Positions 16,518 through 24,936 of a stretch of 24,936 nt of DNA are shown piece by piece. The DNA is from Bacteroidia bacterium. GTDB lineage: Bacteria > Bacteroidota > Bacteroidia > Bacteroidales > GCA-2748055. The stretch lies in the NCBI GenBank assembly GCA_004525825.1, contig SPBY01000001.1:1-24936 (forward strand), given 5' to 3'. Under the pieces are notes generated by a model. It was not told the DNA's origin. It did no database searches and saw only the letters and a list, made by a program, of their open reading frames with translations. Numbering within the stretch: the stretch's first letter is position 1; every line of letters begins with the position of its first letter. The position numbers and the translations under genes are program-made.

Positions 16518-17219
16518 TTAATGCTTCACATATTTGTAACCAATTCCTTTTACGGTCTGGATGTATTTATCACCCAGTTTCTCACGGAGTTTGCGTATGT
16601 GAACATCAATGGTGCGGTCGCCCACCACGATATTATCTCCCCAGACACGGTCGAAGATCTCCTCCCTGGTAAATACCTTTTCGGGTTTTGAAATCAGCAG
16701 GGAGATCATTTCAAATTCTTTTTTCGGGAGGCATATGTCCTTGCCATTCTTAACTACCAGGTATCGCTCCTTATCCACGACCAGTTCTCCCGAAACTATC
16801 TTATTCTCAGAAGCTGAGTCGCTTTCTTCAATTTTTACCCTGCGTCTTTTCAGCAAAGCTTTCACCCTGCTAACCAGTACCTTGGGTTTAATGGGTTTGG
16901 TGATATAATCGTCCCCGCCTGCCTCGAAGCCTGCGATCTGAGAGTAGTCCTCTCCCCTGGCACTTAAAAAAGCCACCAGGGTATTCTCACAGCTTTCGAT
17001 ATTCCTGATCTCCCTGCAGGCTTCGATACCATCCATTACCGGCATCATCACATCCATCAGGACCAGATCTGGTTGGATCTCCCGGGTCATCTGAACCGCC
17101 TCTTGTCCATTGGAGGCCGTAAAAATATGGAAGCCTTCGTTCCTGAGATTGTAACTCAGAAACTCCAGAATGTCCTTCTCATCGTCCACAAGCAATATCT
17201 TGTAGTCACTCCATTTCAT
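16518..17219 (-). CDS. OmpR/PhoB-family response regulator
   Basis: Receiver motifs LLVDDE, LMDVMMPVMDG, DDYITKP; winged helix FTREEIFDRVWG..DRTIDVHIRKLREKLG..TVKGIGY. Confidence 0.95.
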   Translation of the reverse strand: MKWSDYKILLVDDEKDILEFLSYNLRNEGFHIFTASNGQEAVQMTREIQPDLVLMDVMMPVMDGIEACREIRNIESCENTLVAFLSARGEDYSQIAGFEAGGDDYITKPIKPKVLVSRVKALLKRRRVKIEESDSASENKIVSGELVVDKERYLVVKNGKDICLPKKEFEMISLLISKPEKVFTREEIFDRVWGDNIVVGDRTIDVHIRKLREKLGDKYIQTVKGIGYKYVKH

Positions 17220-17259
17220 GGGTTCTTAGAGACTTGTTTGTTTTTCTGATGCATGCTGA

Positions 17260-18777
17260 CTACTCCCTGTGCTCCTTGCGGTTAAGATCAAATACTGTTT
17301 TGACTGGCGAGAAAGTATCGATGGGTACCTCCACAAAAAGGGTGAGCCATTGGGCCATGGCCCCGTTCCAGAGTCCAGGTAATTCAAGGGCTTTCAGCGA
17401 CTTCCCTCCCTGTGATTTTTCAGAGATGAAACCGGTATTCTGGTCCACATAGCGGTTTAGGTTGAATTTATTTCCCTGGTAGTCACAAACACTGCAAACC
17501 AGATCGACCGGATTGAAGTGGGTGGATGCATTTACCATCAAAATCTTCTCCGGATCTTCCATATCGATCTGGGAGGCCTCCACTATCTGCAAGGAAATTT
17601 CTCCCGATTCGGACCGCACATAAAAGGGCCCTCCGCCCGGCTCGCCTTCGTTTCGGACCATGCCGCACACCCTGATGGGGCGGTTCATGGTGGCAATCAG
17701 CCATTTTCTTAATTCGCTGGCATCCCACTCTTTCAGCATATCCGGAATGGGAATTCCCAGCCGTTCATGCAGGTAGCTTACCATGCTATCCATGCGGGTC
17801 TTCTCCACCTTTTCTTTCCCGGTCAGTTGCTGCAGGTAATAAAACACTTTGGAACGGATCTCCAGCAATACCCCACCCAGCACCTGCTTGTGTTTCACCC
17901 GGATGATCTTGCGCGAATCGGGAGCCACGTTATCTATGTTGCTGATAAAGACCAGGTCGGAATCCAGGGCATCCAGGTTCCGTATCAGGGCTCCGTGTCC
18001 GGCGGGTCTGAAAAGCAGGGATCCGTCGGGATTGCGGAAGGGTTCGTTGTCCAGATCCACTGCAATGGTATCGGTTTCCGGCTTCTGAAATGAAAAGGAG
18101 AGATCGACCATAAAGCCTGTCTCCTTTTCAATCACGGGCAAGATTCTGGCTGCTTCTGTCTGGAATCCATTCAGGTGATCGGGGGAAACCGTCAGGTGCA
18201 CCCTTACCACCTTTTCCCGATTTCCACAATATTTAACTGCTTCACGCACATGCTCCTCAAAGGCAGTTCTACGATCCGATTTGCTGTATTTATGAAATTT
18301 CAGAAGACCTTTGGGTTTGTTCCCGTAATTCAGTCCCTCTTGGCCAAGCACCTGTGTGAGAATTTCAGCAGGGGTGGTATTTTCCCCAAGCTTGAGATCC
18401 TCGTAAAATGGGTATTTCTCCAACTTCCTGAAAAAACGATCCATCTTATCATTGCTTTCAATCCACTCCTCCTGCTGAGCCAGAGTGGTCCCTTCCAGCT
18501 TATCCAGTGCACCGTACAGTGTATTAAACATGCGTGTGGCCGCACCTGAAGCAGGAACAAAACGGATGATCCTGAAGTCGGGAGCGTTGTCGAGAAAAAT
18601 ATCCAGGAAATGTTTCTCTTCCCCCTCGTAAATTACCATTACTCCTTTCCCGGGAGTGGCAGGCATGGTGATATTGGAAGGTGGAAATCCCTGTATAAAA
18701 TGCTTGATCTGTCGGTTGATCTCATCTATATGGATCCCCTTGGAGCGTATCTGCTGGAGGTCTTTCTGGCTGAACAT
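17260..18777 (-). CDS. DUF4301-family protein (probable nucleotide-diphospho-sugar transferase fold)
   Basis: FVPASGAATRMF, KPKGLLKFH, FRPAGHGAL, NIDNV, EPGGGPF, HFNPVDLVC, ELPGLWNGAM, FSPVKTVFDL. Confidence 0.85.
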   Translation of the reverse strand: MFSQKDLQQIRSKGIHIDEINRQIKHFIQGFPPSNITMPATPGKGVMVIYEGEEKHFLDIFLDNAPDFRIIRFVPASGAATRMFNTLYGALDKLEGTTLAQQEEWIESNDKMDRFFRKLEKYPFYEDLKLGENTTPAEILTQVLGQEGLNYGNKPKGLLKFHKYSKSDRRTAFEEHVREAVKYCGNREKVVRVHLTVSPDHLNGFQTEAARILPVIEKETGFMVDLSFSFQKPETDTIAVDLDNEPFRNPDGSLLFRPAGHGALIRNLDALDSDLVFISNIDNVAPDSRKIIRVKHKQVLGGVLLEIRSKVFYYLQQLTGKEKVEKTRMDSMVSYLHERLGIPIPDMLKEWDASELRKWLIATMNRPIRVCGMVRNEGEPGGGPFYVRSESGEISLQIVEASQIDMEDPEKILMVNASTHFNPVDLVCSVCDYQGNKFNLNRYVDQNTGFISEKSQGGKSLKALELPGLWNGAMAQWLTLFVEVPIDTFSPVKTVFDLNRKEHRE

Positions 18778-18818
18778 GAAATGGCGGTTTCCGATTAGCC
18801 CTCAAGATAAAAAAAGTT

Positions 18819-19394
18819 TCAGATTATTACCCCGTTTTTTCCAGCCTTTAGAGCCTTGATATTCAGTTCTACCACATCCGCTCCTTTTCTACTGAAAAGT
18901 GTATCCAATGCCCCTTCCAGGCTCTCTCGTGTGAGGCCCAGGTAGTCTGAGGCGGCTCCAAGCATCACCATGTTGGAAACTTTCTGGGAACCAATCTCCC
19001 TGGCAATGGCAAAGGCATCCAGGATGATGTGGTTTTTCAGCTTCCTGATTTCTTTTAATAGTGCATCCTGGGGGGGGTAGTCATCGATGTTTTCAAAAGT
19101 CTTGCTGCTGGTCACCACCCATCCGTCTTTTGCCAGGAAGGGAAGGTAACGCAAGGCCTCCATGGGCTCCACCGAGAGGATCATATCACAGCTGCCTTCC
19201 GGAATCAGGTCAGATGAAATAGGGGAATCGGAAATTCTCAGGTGTGACTGAACCGCTCCTCCGCGCTGACTCATCCCATGCACTTCTGCCTGCTTCAGGT
19301 AAAGCCCCGACTCTACAGCAGCCATTCCGATCACCGCAGCAATGGACAGGATTCCCTGTCCCCCAACCCCTGCCAGTATAATATCTCTTTTCAT
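18819..19394 (-). CDS. iorB: Indolepyruvate:ferredoxin oxidoreductase subunit beta
   Basis: LAGVGGQGIL, AEVHGMSQRGGAVQSHLR, NMVMLGA; immediately downstream of iorA. Confidence 0.93.
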   Translation of the reverse strand: MKRDIILAGVGGQGILSIAAVIGMAAVESGLYLKQAEVHGMSQRGGAVQSHLRISDSPISSDLIPEGSCDMILSVEPMEALRYLPFLAKDGWVVTSSKTFENIDDYPPQDALLKEIRKLKNHIILDAFAIAREIGSQKVSNMVMLGAASDYLGLTRESLEGALDTLFSRKGADVVELNIKALKAGKNGVII

Positions 19395-19405
19395 AATTTA
19401 TGACT

Positions 19406-20998
19406 TTACAGACTTTTGACTTTCTTGGAGGCCGTTTGAATACACTTGCGCTGGGCAATAATTACCGACACTCCATGATATTCCAACTCATCCGAAATTA
19501 TTATCCGGTTCTCCTCATGGTGCTTTCGCAGTGGATTCATGACCCTGATATGCTCCTCCTCCACCCCTAGCCCCTTGCATATCTCTAACAGCCGGTTGGT
19601 GGCATGTGACTGCTGTCCCCCGGTCATACCGGTGGTGGAGTTGTCCGAGATAATTATTGTTATTGGGGTCTCTTCCACCACTGCATCCAACAAACCAGTC
19701 ATGCCTGAATGGGTGAAGGTGGAATCCCCGATGACAGCCACGGCGGGATGTAATCCGGCATCCGACGCCCCCTTGGCCATGGTTATGGAAGCTCCCATAT
19801 CCACACAGGAGTTGATGGCATTGTAAGGCGGAAGGGCTCCCAGGGTATAACAACCTATGTCTGAGAATACCCTGCCGGGTTCGTAAGACTCCAGGGCCTC
19901 TGTCAGTGCATTGTACATATCGATGTGACCGCAACCCTTGCAAAGGGCCGGAGGCCTGTTTTTGACAATTTCAGGCACCTCGCGGGTGGGTTCTACCGGA
20001 ATTCCCAGGGCCTGTTTCACCAGCAAGGGGCTTAGTTCGCCATCCCTGGGTAGTACACCATTCAGCCGGCCACTGATACGGTGACTGTTCTCCAGGACCC
20101 CTACCAGCGACTCCTCCAGAATGGGGGCACCCTCCTCCAGCACAAGTACCCGATCCACCTTCTTCACAAACTGGTTCAGCAAAGCCGCAGGTACGGGATA
20201 TTGGGAGATTTTCAACACAGGATGGTCCATTCCAGCCGTCCCGGCCACTTCCTGGTAATAGTTGTAAGCCAGTCCACAGGCTATCACACCTATAGAAGTG
20301 TCTTTCCCTTCCTCCATCCTGTTTAAGCCTGAGTTCCCTCCCTCCTGCTCAAGCTTTTCCTGGGTGGAAAGCAGCATCTTGTAACGCTTTCTTGCAATAG
20401 ACGGAAGCAGGATAAACTGTTTCAGATCGGATGGAAGTTTCACCGGATTCTCCTCCCGGTTGGCCGTGCGCTCCACAGAAGAGCGTGAGTGGGCCAGACG
20501 TGTAGTGATTCTGAGCATTACGGGCAATGCGTACTTTTCGGAGAGGTCGAATCCATAGCGGGTCATTTCGTAGGCCTCTTGCTGGGTAGAAGGTTCCAGC
20601 ACCGGGACCATAGAAAATTTGCCGTAGAACCTGGAGTCCTGTTCATTCTGGGAAGAGTGCATGGATGGATCATCGGCCACCACCACCACCAGTCCGCCAT
20701 TCACCCCGGTCATGCCGGCATTTATAAATGCATCGGCAGCCACATTGAGCCCCACATGTTTCATACATACCAGGGCACGTTTTCCTGCATAGGACATACC
20801 AAGTCCCGCCTCCATGGCAGTCTTCTCATTGGCTGACCATTGTGAGTGTACCTTACGCTCCTGAGCCTCTTTGGATTTCTGAATGTATTCGGTGATTTCT
20901 GTGGAGGGTGTACCAGGGTATGCATATACACCCGAAAGGCCTGCATCCAGTGCTCCCTGGCCTATGGCTTCGTCTCCCAACAATACAAATCTGGACAT
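19406..20998 (-). CDS. iorA: Indolepyruvate:ferredoxin oxidoreductase subunit alpha
   Basis: GDEAIGQG, YPGTPSTEI, NEKTAME, MKHVGLNVAAD, SSQNEQDSR, RPPALCKGCGH, DIGCYTLG, TPP motif GDSTFTHSG..DNSTTGMTGGQ. ATG 20998 preferred over TTG 21004. Confidence 0.95.
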   Translation of the reverse strand: MSRFVLLGDEAIGQGALDAGLSGVYAYPGTPSTEITEYIQKSKEAQERKVHSQWSANEKTAMEAGLGMSYAGKRALVCMKHVGLNVAADAFINAGMTGVNGGLVVVVADDPSMHSSQNEQDSRFYGKFSMVPVLEPSTQQEAYEMTRYGFDLSEKYALPVMLRITTRLAHSRSSVERTANREENPVKLPSDLKQFILLPSIARKRYKMLLSTQEKLEQEGGNSGLNRMEEGKDTSIGVIACGLAYNYYQEVAGTAGMDHPVLKISQYPVPAALLNQFVKKVDRVLVLEEGAPILEESLVGVLENSHRISGRLNGVLPRDGELSPLLVKQALGIPVEPTREVPEIVKNRPPALCKGCGHIDMYNALTEALESYEPGRVFSDIGCYTLGALPPYNAINSCVDMGASITMAKGASDAGLHPAVAVIGDSTFTHSGMTGLLDAVVEETPITIIISDNSTTGMTGGQQSHATNRLLEICKGLGVEEEHIRVMNPLRKHHEENRIIISDELEYHGVSVIIAQRKCIQTASKKVKSL

Positions 20999-21020
20999 GA
21001 ACAACAGCTTTTAAGTTGCT

Positions 21021-21028
21021 CAAAATTA
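21021..21028 (-). promoter_or_regulatory. -7 element TAATTTTG for iorAB
   Basis: Exact TAnnTTTG, 22 nt upstream of ATG 20998. Confidence 0.6.
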
Positions 21029-21100
21029 TATAAAATAAGGACGGGGATTAGCTATTCTAAAACATGCTTGCACAAGCTATGGTAGCTTACAATGCCTTGA

Positions 21101-21511
21101 TTAGGAGGTGATTGTAATGATCAGACGTCGAGATCCTCCATGATCCCTGAACTCACCCAGGTAGATCCCCTGCCAGGTACCCAGGTTCAGTTTCCCACGG
21201 GTGATGGGAATGGTGAGCGAATTACCGATGAGGGAGGCCTTCAGATGGGCCGGCATGTCATCGGCTCCTTCATAGATATGAGAATACAGGGGATGGTAAG
21301 CTGGAACCAGATCATTCATAAAGGCCTCAAAATCCTCTCTCACCGATGGGTCGGCGTTCTCATTGAGCGTGAGACCCGCCGAAGTATGCTGGATGAGTAC
21401 ATGCATGATGCCTGTTTCGGGGAGTTCACCTGCTGCCTCAAGCACCTTTCGGGTAATCAGATGAAAGCCTCTGGGCATAGGAGAAAGTGTGATTGTTTTC
21501 TGGGTGATCAT
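21101..21511 (-). CDS. yjbQ: YjbQ / UPF0047 family protein (secondary thiamine-phosphate synthase activity reported for the family)
   Basis: QHTSAGLTLNENADPSV, HLKASLIG, LNLGTWQGIYLGEF. Confidence 0.93.
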   Translation of the reverse strand: MITQKTITLSPMPRGFHLITRKVLEAAGELPETGIMHVLIQHTSAGLTLNENADPSVREDFEAFMNDLVPAYHPLYSHIYEGADDMPAHLKASLIGNSLTIPITRGKLNLGTWQGIYLGEFRDHGGSRRLIITITS

Positions 21512-21537
21512 GGCCCTGTTTAAGTGTTAATATTTCA

Positions 21538-21566
21538 CAAAAATAATTCTTAAATGCAGCAGCCAA
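21538..21566 (-). promoter_or_regulatory. yjbQ promoter TTG-N18-TATTTTTG
   Basis: -7 box at 21545->21538, TTG at 21566->21564. Confidence 0.55.
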
Positions 21567-21590
21567 CTCTATTTGCGGTATTTTTTTATC

Positions 21591-21598
21591 TACTTTTG
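21591..21598 (+). promoter_or_regulatory. -7 element TACTTTTG, 4 nt before ATG 21603
   Basis: Exact TAnnTTTG; lies inside the TTG-21573 extension of the ORF-track call, which argues against that start. Confidence 0.5.
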
Positions 21599-21602
21599 GA
21601 GC

Positions 21603-22277
21603 ATGTTTTTCGGGAAACAGAGGGTCTGTTTGAGCTTACTGATGGGATTTTTTCTCCTGGCAGGAGCCTGCATGAATGTGGAGGGTCAGAGAAAACGGGA
21701 CCAGGAGACGATCCAGGATAAGGAACTGGTGCAGTTTTCCGGGATCGTGAGAGATCTTGAACACCGTCCCCTCCCTCATGTGAACATCATTATCCTGACC
21801 GAGAGACGGGGGACCACCTCCGACCAAAGGGGCATGTTCTCTTTTGTGGTGAGGCCCAGCGATACCATTTTATTCAGCCACATGGGGCACAAAGGTACCA
21901 TCCACATTATACCCGATTCCCTGGGAGGACAGCAGTACCCTGCAGACATCTTCATGGTCAGCGATACCTTCCATTTGGCTGAAGTCAGAATCTATCCATG
22001 GAAAACCTACCATGAGTTCAAAGAAGCCTTCCTGGCCCTGGAGCTGCCCGATGACGACGAGCAGCGTGCCTATCACAACATTGCCCTGATTAAAACACAG
22101 ATAAAAATGAATGATTTTGGACCCAGTCCAAATATCAATTTCCGGGAGGTGATGAAGCAGCAGTACAACCAGCTTTATACGGCCGGTCAGACCCCCTATT
22201 ACACCATTTTCGATCCCATGCGGTGGGCCAAGTTCTTCGATGCAGTGAAACGGGGCGACTTCAAACAGGATAAATAA
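21603..22277 (+). CDS. Secreted carboxypeptidase-like regulatory domain (CarboxypepD_reg) protein
   Basis: Signal peptide ending VEG|Q; SGIVRD..PLPHVNIII...GTTSDQRGMFSF...DTILFSHMG pattern; start reassigned to ATG 21603. Confidence 0.8.
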   Translation: MFFGKQRVCLSLLMGFFLLAGACMNVEGQRKRDQETIQDKELVQFSGIVRDLEHRPLPHVNIIILTERRGTTSDQRGMFSFVVRPSDTILFSHMGHKGTIHIIPDSLGGQQYPADIFMVSDTFHLAEVRIYPWKTYHEFKEAFLALELPDDDEQRAYHNIALIKTQIKMNDFGPSPNINFREVMKQQYNQLYTAGQTPYYTIFDPMRWAKFFDAVKRGDFKQDK

Positions 22278-22341
22278 GAAGCTCCTGCGCAATTTCAGCA
22301 ATAATTTATCAGTTAGTACTATATTCGGAAAACTTCTGATT

Positions 22342-24804
22342 GTGGATTACCGTTTGCCACTCATTACACTGTTTCTTACCCTCGCCCTGGCTTTGAACGG
22401 ACAGGACAAAGCCATGTTGACAGGAAGTGTGAAGGACAGCATCGGCGATCCTGTGGAACTGGCCAATGTGGCACTGCTGGGGACCGGGGATGGGACCATG
22501 ACAAATCTTGACGGCCGTTATGAACTGGAGATTCCTACGGGCCGCTCCTACACCGTGGTAATCTCCTGCGTGGGATACCTCACCAAGCAGTTTGCCGTCC
22601 GCCTTGGGCCGGGAGAATCAAGAAACCAGGACATTACGCTTCTCAGAGATGTGCGGGCCATCAAAGAGGTATCGGTCAGTGCCCGGCAGGAAAGGGCCAG
22701 TACCTTCCAACGCATTGATGTGGAGGATCTGAATTACATGCCAACTGCCACGGGAAAAGTGGAGACCATCATTAAATCCCAGGCCGGGGTCAGTTCCAAC
22801 AACGAACTAAGCTCCCAATACTCCGTAAGGGGTGGGAACTTTGATGAAAACCTGGTCTATGTGAACGATATTGAGATTTACAGGCCTTTCCTGGTGCGTT
22901 CCGGGCAACAGGAGGGTCTGAGCTTTGTAAATTCCGATCTGGTATCCTCCATCAAATTCTCTGCCGGGGGATACGATGCCAGGTATGGCGACAAGATGTC
23001 CTCGGCGCTTGATATTACTTATAAGAGGCCACAACAGTTCAGGGGATCCGCTTCGATCAGTCTTCTTGGTGCCTCTGCACACCTGGAAGGTGCCTCCAAA
23101 ACAAAACGCTTTACCTTCCTGGCCGGTTACCGTTACAAAACCACCACCTACCTGCTGAATACCCTGGAAACCAGTGGAGACTACAAACCCCAGTTTTCGG
23201 ACTTTCAAACCCTGCTCACCTACCAGCTCACTAAAAAATTGGAGATCTCTTTCCTGGGCAATTACTCCTCCAACCTTTACCAGTTTGTTCCAAGCACCAG
23301 GAATACGGAATTTGGCACCAAGGACCTGCCCCTGAACCTGAAAATTTACTATGATGGTCAGGAGCTGGACAGGTATAACACTTACCTGGGAGCACTGTCG
23401 CTTCGATGGACACCTGTGAAGGGCCTGTCTCTGAAAGTGACCGGATCGGCATTCCGGACCTCCGAAGAGGAGACATTCGATATCATGGGGCAATACTGGA
23501 TCAATGAACTTGACAACACCATCAATTCCGAAACCTATGGCGATTCCATACTTAATATTGGTGTGGGAACAGCCCTTACACACGCCCGGAACTATCTGGA
23601 TGCCATAGTGATATCCGGATCGCACCTGGGAAGCTACCGCAGCGCTAATAATCATCTGCAATGGGGAATCAACTACCAGTACCAGGACTTTTCGGACCGA
23701 ATCAGTGAATGGGAACTGATTGACTCTGCCGGTTATGTGATTCCCTATGACGGTGAGGAACTGATCCTGACCAAATCGAGGAAATCTAACAACGACATAA
23801 ACTACGACCAGTACAGTGCTTTTGTCCAGAACACGCTGGAAATCAATAGTGTAAATGCCGACTATTACGTCACTACCGGGATCCGCGCCAGTGTATGGAA
23901 TTTCAACCGGACCACCATGATCAGTCCGCGCATTACCTTAAGTACCCAGCCCAATTGGAAACATGATATGATGTTTCATTTCTCAGCCGGGTATTATTAC
24001 CAGCCCCCCTTTTACAAAGAGATGCGGATGCCCGACGGTGCAATCAATTATGATGTCCGGCCACAGCGGTCCATTCACCTGCTGGTGGGAGGTGATTACC
24101 TGTTCTCCCTGTGGGACAGGCCCTTTAAGCTTAGCGGGGAAGCCTGGTATAAATGGCTAAACAACCTGATTCCGTATAAGATAGATAATGTCCGCTTATC
24201 CTACGCGGGAGAGAATATCTCCGAGGGTTTTGCACGGGGAATCGATTTCAAGTTAAATGGGGAGTTTGTACAGGGAGCTGAGTCATGGCTTACCTTTTCC
24301 CTCCTACAAACAAGGGAAGATGTGGAAGGGGATGTGATGCTTGAATGGAACGGCAGTGAATTTATTCAGAAGCCCGCCGGTGAGTTTCCCAGGCCCACTG
24401 ACCAGATATTTACCTTCGGACTTTATTTCCAGGATTACTTCCCCAACAATCCGGGGTATAAGGTACATCTGAATGCCTTCTATGGCACGGGGCTACCATT
24501 GAGCAGTCCCAACGATGAGCAATATTATACCCAGCTGCGAATGCGTCCCTATCGCAGGGTCGACATTGGCTTTTCCAAAGTGATCAAAAGGGAAACCGAT
24601 GTGTGGGGCGAAAGAAACCCACTCCGCTTTTTTGAAAGTATCTGGATCAGCGCAGAGATCTTTAATCTCCTCGGCATCAAGAACGAAGCATCCTACCTGT
24701 GGGTTCGGACCATCTCCGGCCAGCGAGGTATCCCGGGCATGTTCGGCATTCCCAACTACCTCACCGGCCGCAGGTTCAACCTCAAAATATCAATCAGCTT
24801 CTAA
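22342..24804 (+). CDS. TonB-dependent receptor with N-terminal carboxypeptidase-regulatory-like domain
   Basis: Signal peptide; TonB-box-like IKEVSVSA; plug motif SQYSVRGGNFDENLVYVNDIEIY; C-terminal RFNLKISISF ending in Phe; GTG start. Confidence 0.92.
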   Translation: MDYRLPLITLFLTLALALNGQDKAMLTGSVKDSIGDPVELANVALLGTGDGTMTNLDGRYELEIPTGRSYTVVISCVGYLTKQFAVRLGPGESRNQDITLLRDVRAIKEVSVSARQERASTFQRIDVEDLNYMPTATGKVETIIKSQAGVSSNNELSSQYSVRGGNFDENLVYVNDIEIYRPFLVRSGQQEGLSFVNSDLVSSIKFSAGGYDARYGDKMSSALDITYKRPQQFRGSASISLLGASAHLEGASKTKRFTFLAGYRYKTTTYLLNTLETSGDYKPQFSDFQTLLTYQLTKKLEISFLGNYSSNLYQFVPSTRNTEFGTKDLPLNLKIYYDGQELDRYNTYLGALSLRWTPVKGLSLKVTGSAFRTSEEETFDIMGQYWINELDNTINSETYGDSILNIGVGTALTHARNYLDAIVISGSHLGSYRSANNHLQWGINYQYQDFSDRISEWELIDSAGYVIPYDGEELILTKSRKSNNDINYDQYSAFVQNTLEINSVNADYYVTTGIRASVWNFNRTTMISPRITLSTQPNWKHDMMFHFSAGYYYQPPFYKEMRMPDGAINYDVRPQRSIHLLVGGDYLFSLWDRPFKLSGEAWYKWLNNLIPYKIDNVRLSYAGENISEGFARGIDFKLNGEFVQGAESWLTFSLLQTREDVEGDVMLEWNGSEFIQKPAGEFPRPTDQIFTFGLYFQDYFPNNPGYKVHLNAFYGTGLPLSSPNDEQYYTQLRMRPYRRVDIGFSKVIKRETDVWGERNPLRFFESIWISAEIFNLLGIKNEASYLWVRTISGQRGIPGMFGIPNYLTGRRFNLKISISF

Positions 24805-24808
24805 AGGA

Positions 24809-24936
24809 CTATTTGCATTTCCCGGAGACAAGGAATTTGCTGATCTCATTCCGGGTACGCTCCCGCTTTTCCCAGGCAATCACACTTTCTGGTAATTGTG
24901 CTACATCGCCCTTATAACCGATGGCCATCATGGCCA
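24809..24936 (-). CDS. Nitroreductase-family protein (3' end only)
   Basis: Manual translation: ..AMMAIGYKGDVAQLPESVIAWEKRERTRNEISKFLVSGKCK* (TAG at 24811-24809). AIGY followed by LP and RxRxR is typical of nitroreductase C-termini. Confidence 0.7.
   Translation of the reverse strand, partial: AMMAIGYKGDVAQLPESVIAWEKRERTRNEISKFLVSGKCK

Noticed and set aside
16525-16540. TTCACATATTTGTAAC resembling the left-end boxes
   Set aside because: Different spacer, and it lies within the conserved GYKYVKH coding end of the response regulator
21573-21602. TTG start at 21573 from the ORF track
   Set aside because: Overlaps a predicted promoter and lengthens the signal peptide unnaturally; ATG 21603 fits better
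1307-24917. Numerous long antisense or alternate-frame ORFs (e.g. 1307-2299, 6314-7210, 7404-8573, 11605-12360, 22807-23661)
   Set aside because: Shadow ORFs of genuine genes, expected from codon bias at ~50% GC; no independent motifs

Overview
Ordinary-looking chromosomal segment of a Bacteroidota genome, probably Bacteroidales-like. The taxon is inferred from TAnnTTTG -7 promoter boxes, A-rich start contexts without Shine-Dalgarno sites, and characteristic protein families. I found no mobile element, CRISPR array, rRNA or tRNA. Left to right: (1) the 5' end of an XRE/HTH regulator gene (minus strand, missing from the ORF track); (2) a ~940-bp non-coding region with five TTACA-WW-TGTAA near-palindromes, an 85% AT core, a consensus promoter with no downstream CDS, and several hairpins; (3) a minus-strand cluster of DUF1338/HglS-like enzyme, YdiJ-like FAD/Fe-S oxidoreductase and DAACS symporter; (4) pta-ackA-ptb-buk, a frameshifted outer-membrane beta-barrel gene, a CPA1 antiporter and slyD; (5) a nitrilase-family amidohydrolase; (6) a PiT phosphate transporter convergent with an orphan PhoB/OmpR-type regulator; (7) DUF4301, iorB-iorA and yjbQ; (8) a carboxypeptidase-regulatory-domain protein and a TonB-dependent receptor; (9) the 3' end of a nitroreductase. 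The best leads are the left-end operator/origin-like non-coding region, the putative 2-oxoadipate to D-2-hydroxyglutarate to 2-oxoglutarate cluster next to anaerobic fermentation genes, and the homopolymer frameshift in the beta-barrel gene. All functional calls come from motif recognition by eye; no searches were run.
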